From assembly GCF_004010195.1 (NCBI RefSeq), contig NC_057728.1:51072322-51136321 (forward strand): DNA of 64,000 nt. Reading direction: 5' to 3'. Under the pieces are notes generated by a model that saw only the letters and a list, made by a program, of their open reading frames with translations, was not told where the DNA came from and made no database searches. Shown piece by piece: positions 60,907 through 64,000 of the stretch. This DNA comes from Chiloscyllium plagiosum (Eukaryota). The translations under genes and the position numbers were made by a program. Position 1 is the stretch's first letter, and each line of letters begins with the position of its first letter.

Positions 60907-62155
60907 TGGTAAAGGCAGTGAGCAGCAAAGTATCACTGAAGCCCAAGATCAGCTATGATCATGTTGAATGACAGAGCAGACTCAATGGGCCGAATGGCCT
61001 ATACCCATTCCTATTTCGAACTTTGCATCAAACTGTCTTCTGGAAGCCAACTGGCTGCTGTCCCCTTGCTTTACTGAGCCGCATTCTGCAGTGGTGACAT
61101 TATTGTCTCCTACTGGGATCTTCCTTTGTAAATTTCCCTCCAATTCTACTAGGAATGAGAACATGTATCAATGATTCATTAATCTCTTTATCTGCAGTAA
61201 TGTTGAAGAAGTTTATGAAAGTGGTTATGACTGAAGAAACCTTTCAAACCCATTTATAACATCACACACCCCACTCCAAGCTTTTTTTCCATAATCAGTA
61301 CGATACATTTTTGTTCTACAATTACATTTGCCATCTTTCCCAAGTCTGGAATTTAAAAATTCACATGATCTGGAAGTTTCAAGATTCTTCCAGAATCTAT
61401 TCTCTTTCAGACTTGGAAATGTAGTACTTTCGTTAGTTGAAGACCGTTGTCAGGAGCAGAATGGAAGATAGTCAAGGTCTGTCAGTCCCTTTAAAACTAG
61501 AGAACCTTCAGTCACTTGGATTTCCATCACTGAGGTTTAACAGAAGTGAGGATACAGAAAAGGTTTAACTGAACAATGTGAGGCGTGAGGGAAAGATGAG
61601 AGACTCTGAGGGTTTTGTCCTTGGAGAAGAGAAGGTTTGATGGAGATAATCAAAATCGAGAGGGCTGTGGACAGAGTAGGTCGAGAGAAACTGCTCCCAC
61701 TGCTGGAAGAATCAAGAATCAGAGAACACAGATTTACATTGATTGGCAAAAGGACGAAAGATGGTATAAGGAAAATCTTTATAATACAGCAAGTGGTTAG
61801 AATCTGAAAACAGCTGCCTGTGAGTATGGTGGAAGTAGACCTGATTGAGGCTGTCAAGAGGGAATTAGATGAGCATGAGAGGGCAACCAATTTGGAGGGC
61901 TACGGGAGAGATTAGATGAGTTCAGCGCCATTGTGAAAACAATGGACCAAAAAGCCTCCTTCTGTGGAGTCACCATTCTGTGGCTCAGCAAAGCAAGGGG
62001 ACAACAGCCAGTTGGCTTCCAGAAGACAGTTTGATGCAAAGCTAGAAATAGGAGTGGGTATAGGCCATTCGGCCCATTGAGTCTGCTGTGTCATTCAACA
62101 TGATCATAGCTGATCTTGGGCTTTAGTGACACTTTCCTGCTCACTCCCTTTATCA
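60907..62155. repeat. Inverted duplication, ~175 bp arms (~60907-61083 / ~61979-62155)
   Basis: The near-identical ORFs MTEQTQWAEWPIP.PIS.FASNCLLEANWLLSPCF.EP appear on opposite strands (60968+ and 62094-). Each arm is a CR1 3' terminus plus unique flank. Confidence 0.92.
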
Positions 62156-62364
62156 CGTGCTTCCCGAGAGATGAAAGATCTGCGTATCCCAGCCTTAAAC
62201 GTATTCAATGATGAAGAATCCTCCGTGGCAGAGGACCTTTTGAGTGAATTAATTTTTCCTTACCTTTAGTTGTAATTGTTCAGCCCTTTTATTCTTGATA
62301 CTGAGAATTACATTAATTAATTAATTGAGCTTCTTGCTGAACCCTCTTTGCTGGGTTTAAGGTG

Positions 62365-62685
62365 ATGTTGGACGGGGAGACTAGGACCCGTGGGCACAGC
62401 CTTAGAATTAGAGAGGGTCAAGTTAGAACGGAAATTAGGAGATATTTCTTCAGCCAGAGAGTGGTGGGCCTGTGGAATTCATTGCCACGGAGTGCAGTGG
62501 AGGCAGGGACATTAAATGTCTTCAGGGCAGAGGTTGATAAATTCTTGATCTCACAAGGAATTAAGGGATACGGGGAGAGTGCGGGTAAGTGGAATTGAAG
62601 TGCCCATCAGCCATGATTAACTGGCGGAGTGGACTAATTGGGCCATATGGCCTTACTTCCACTCCTATGTCTTATGGTCTTATGA
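62365..62685 (+). mobile_element. CR1 3' end
   Basis: GETRTRGHSLRIR...RRYFFSQRVVGLWNSLP, with a tail ending (TCTTATGG)n. Confidence 0.88.
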
Positions 62686-63689
62686 TCAAGCGTCCTTTGG
62701 ACAAAACCTTTAGTTAGTGGTGCCCACATCCTGTGACTGAATAAAATAAAATTGGTCTGTGCCATAAACCTCACATAACCAAACTGCATTAGATGTTTTA
62801 AAGGTGCTTAAACCGTTAGTTAATTTAAAGTTCATGAAATTTGATCCTGGCTAAATATTCACTACCCTGTTTAATTATTTTTTTTGAAGCCAATCAAACC
62901 AAATTAAAAGAGCTTTAAAAGACCACTGTAATTTAAGATTGAATTATAATTTTGTTTTGGACAGAGATTAAAAACAATCCAGGCTTCCTGGTGTCCAGTG
63001 ATCATGAAAGCCGTGGAGTGTGCTAATGACCATTGCAGGCTCTTTCTTCAAGGACAGCTGGAATATCTCCTGTTTATAGATTCTCTTCTTATGTCGGCTA
63101 ATCAGAACTAAAGACACCCGTTCAAGTCTTCGAGCCTGATATCTTGCGATTAAATCAGCGTTAATCTGTATCCTAATCCCATTTACCCTTAACATCCTTT
63201 ACCTCATAGAAATCTGACAGTCTCAGTCCTGAACATTTTAATTGATCAGTCTTTTGGAGAGGGGAGAGGTTTCACAGGTAGATTTCCATCCGAGACAACA
63301 TTTTTAAATGTGTCTAATCTGATGTAATTTAGCATGTTTCGATGATGCAAGAACCGGAATTTTAAAATGATTTCATTTTGAAGAAGTTAATGCAAGTGCA
63401 CGCAACATTGTGACAGTGCAGTTCGATTCTGCAGGGAAGTGATTGCGATTTAAATATTCCATTCCTAACTGAAGGCAAAACTAAACCTTCACTTGGTGCC
63501 ACGATGTTCATTCACCCAGGTCCAACTAAAATAGTTCACAAGTTTTCAGTTGCAGTGGATTGACAGAATGTGGTTGTGAAATTCTGCTTTGCCCTTTGGT
63601 TTCATCCCTATACCCCAATTACTGCTGCTTACCTGCTGTTCATTCATTTGATCACCAGTGTCAGGGGAGGCTGCCTTTGAGTTGAAGTA

Positions 63690-64000
63690 TTCAGTGACAC
63701 TTGCGAATGCAGAAGGTTGTGGGTTTGAGTCCCACTGAATGGCTGTGAGCACAGAAATCTAAGTTTCCTCTTACAGCGCAGGACTAGAGGGTGTGCTGCA
63801 CTGTTGGTGTTAAGCTGAGGCCCCACCTCTTCTCTCAGTGAGCATAAAAGTTGCTCCGACGAAAGGCGAGAGAGGTGGCACTCCTGACCTAACCTCTGAA
63901 TTCAAAACCAATATTCTTGACATTGTGACTTGCACTTTGTGGGAGCTTGCTGTGCACAGTCGGCCGCTGGGGTTTCTACACAGTAACATTGACTCTGACT
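63690..64000 (+). mobile_element. Deu-domain SINE (SacSINE1/AmnSINE-like), old, runs off the window end
   Basis: tRNA-like CAGAAGGTTGTGGGTTTGAGTCCCACT, core GAGGGTGTGCTGCACTGTTGG...GTTAAGCTGAGGCCCC...CTCTCAG, and TTTGTGGGAGCTTGCTGTGCAC. Confidence 0.7.

Overview
Repeat-dense, non-coding eukaryotic DNA, almost certainly from a shark. The inference rests on abundant HE1-type tRNA-derived SINEs, HER1/CR1 LINE remnants and a SacSINE1/Deu-domain SINE; a carpet shark is plausible but not provable here. I recognise no host protein-coding exon, so the window reads as a large intron or intergenic stretch. All long ORFs come from two minisatellites (32 bp and 33 bp units), CR1 ORF1/ORF2 remnants, a Penelope GIY-YIG endonuclease remnant, or N-gaps. 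Other content: about 20 short Penelope-like terminal-repeat insertions carrying minimal hammerhead-ribozyme motifs and 9-18 bp target-site duplications, two Tc1/mariner-type MITEs, a probable solo LTR and two assembly gaps. The most unusual signal is four local templated duplications of 130-270 bp. Three are inverted (40041-40174/40441-40574, 53838-53982/54600-54744, ~60907-61083/61979-62155) and one is direct (~40483-41069/41798-42228). In all four the donor lies to the right of the copy. One copy is captured inside a Penelope hairpin insertion, and two consist of a CR1 3' end plus its unique 3' flank. Element boundaries were read by eye and are approximate unless a TSD or TIR is quoted.
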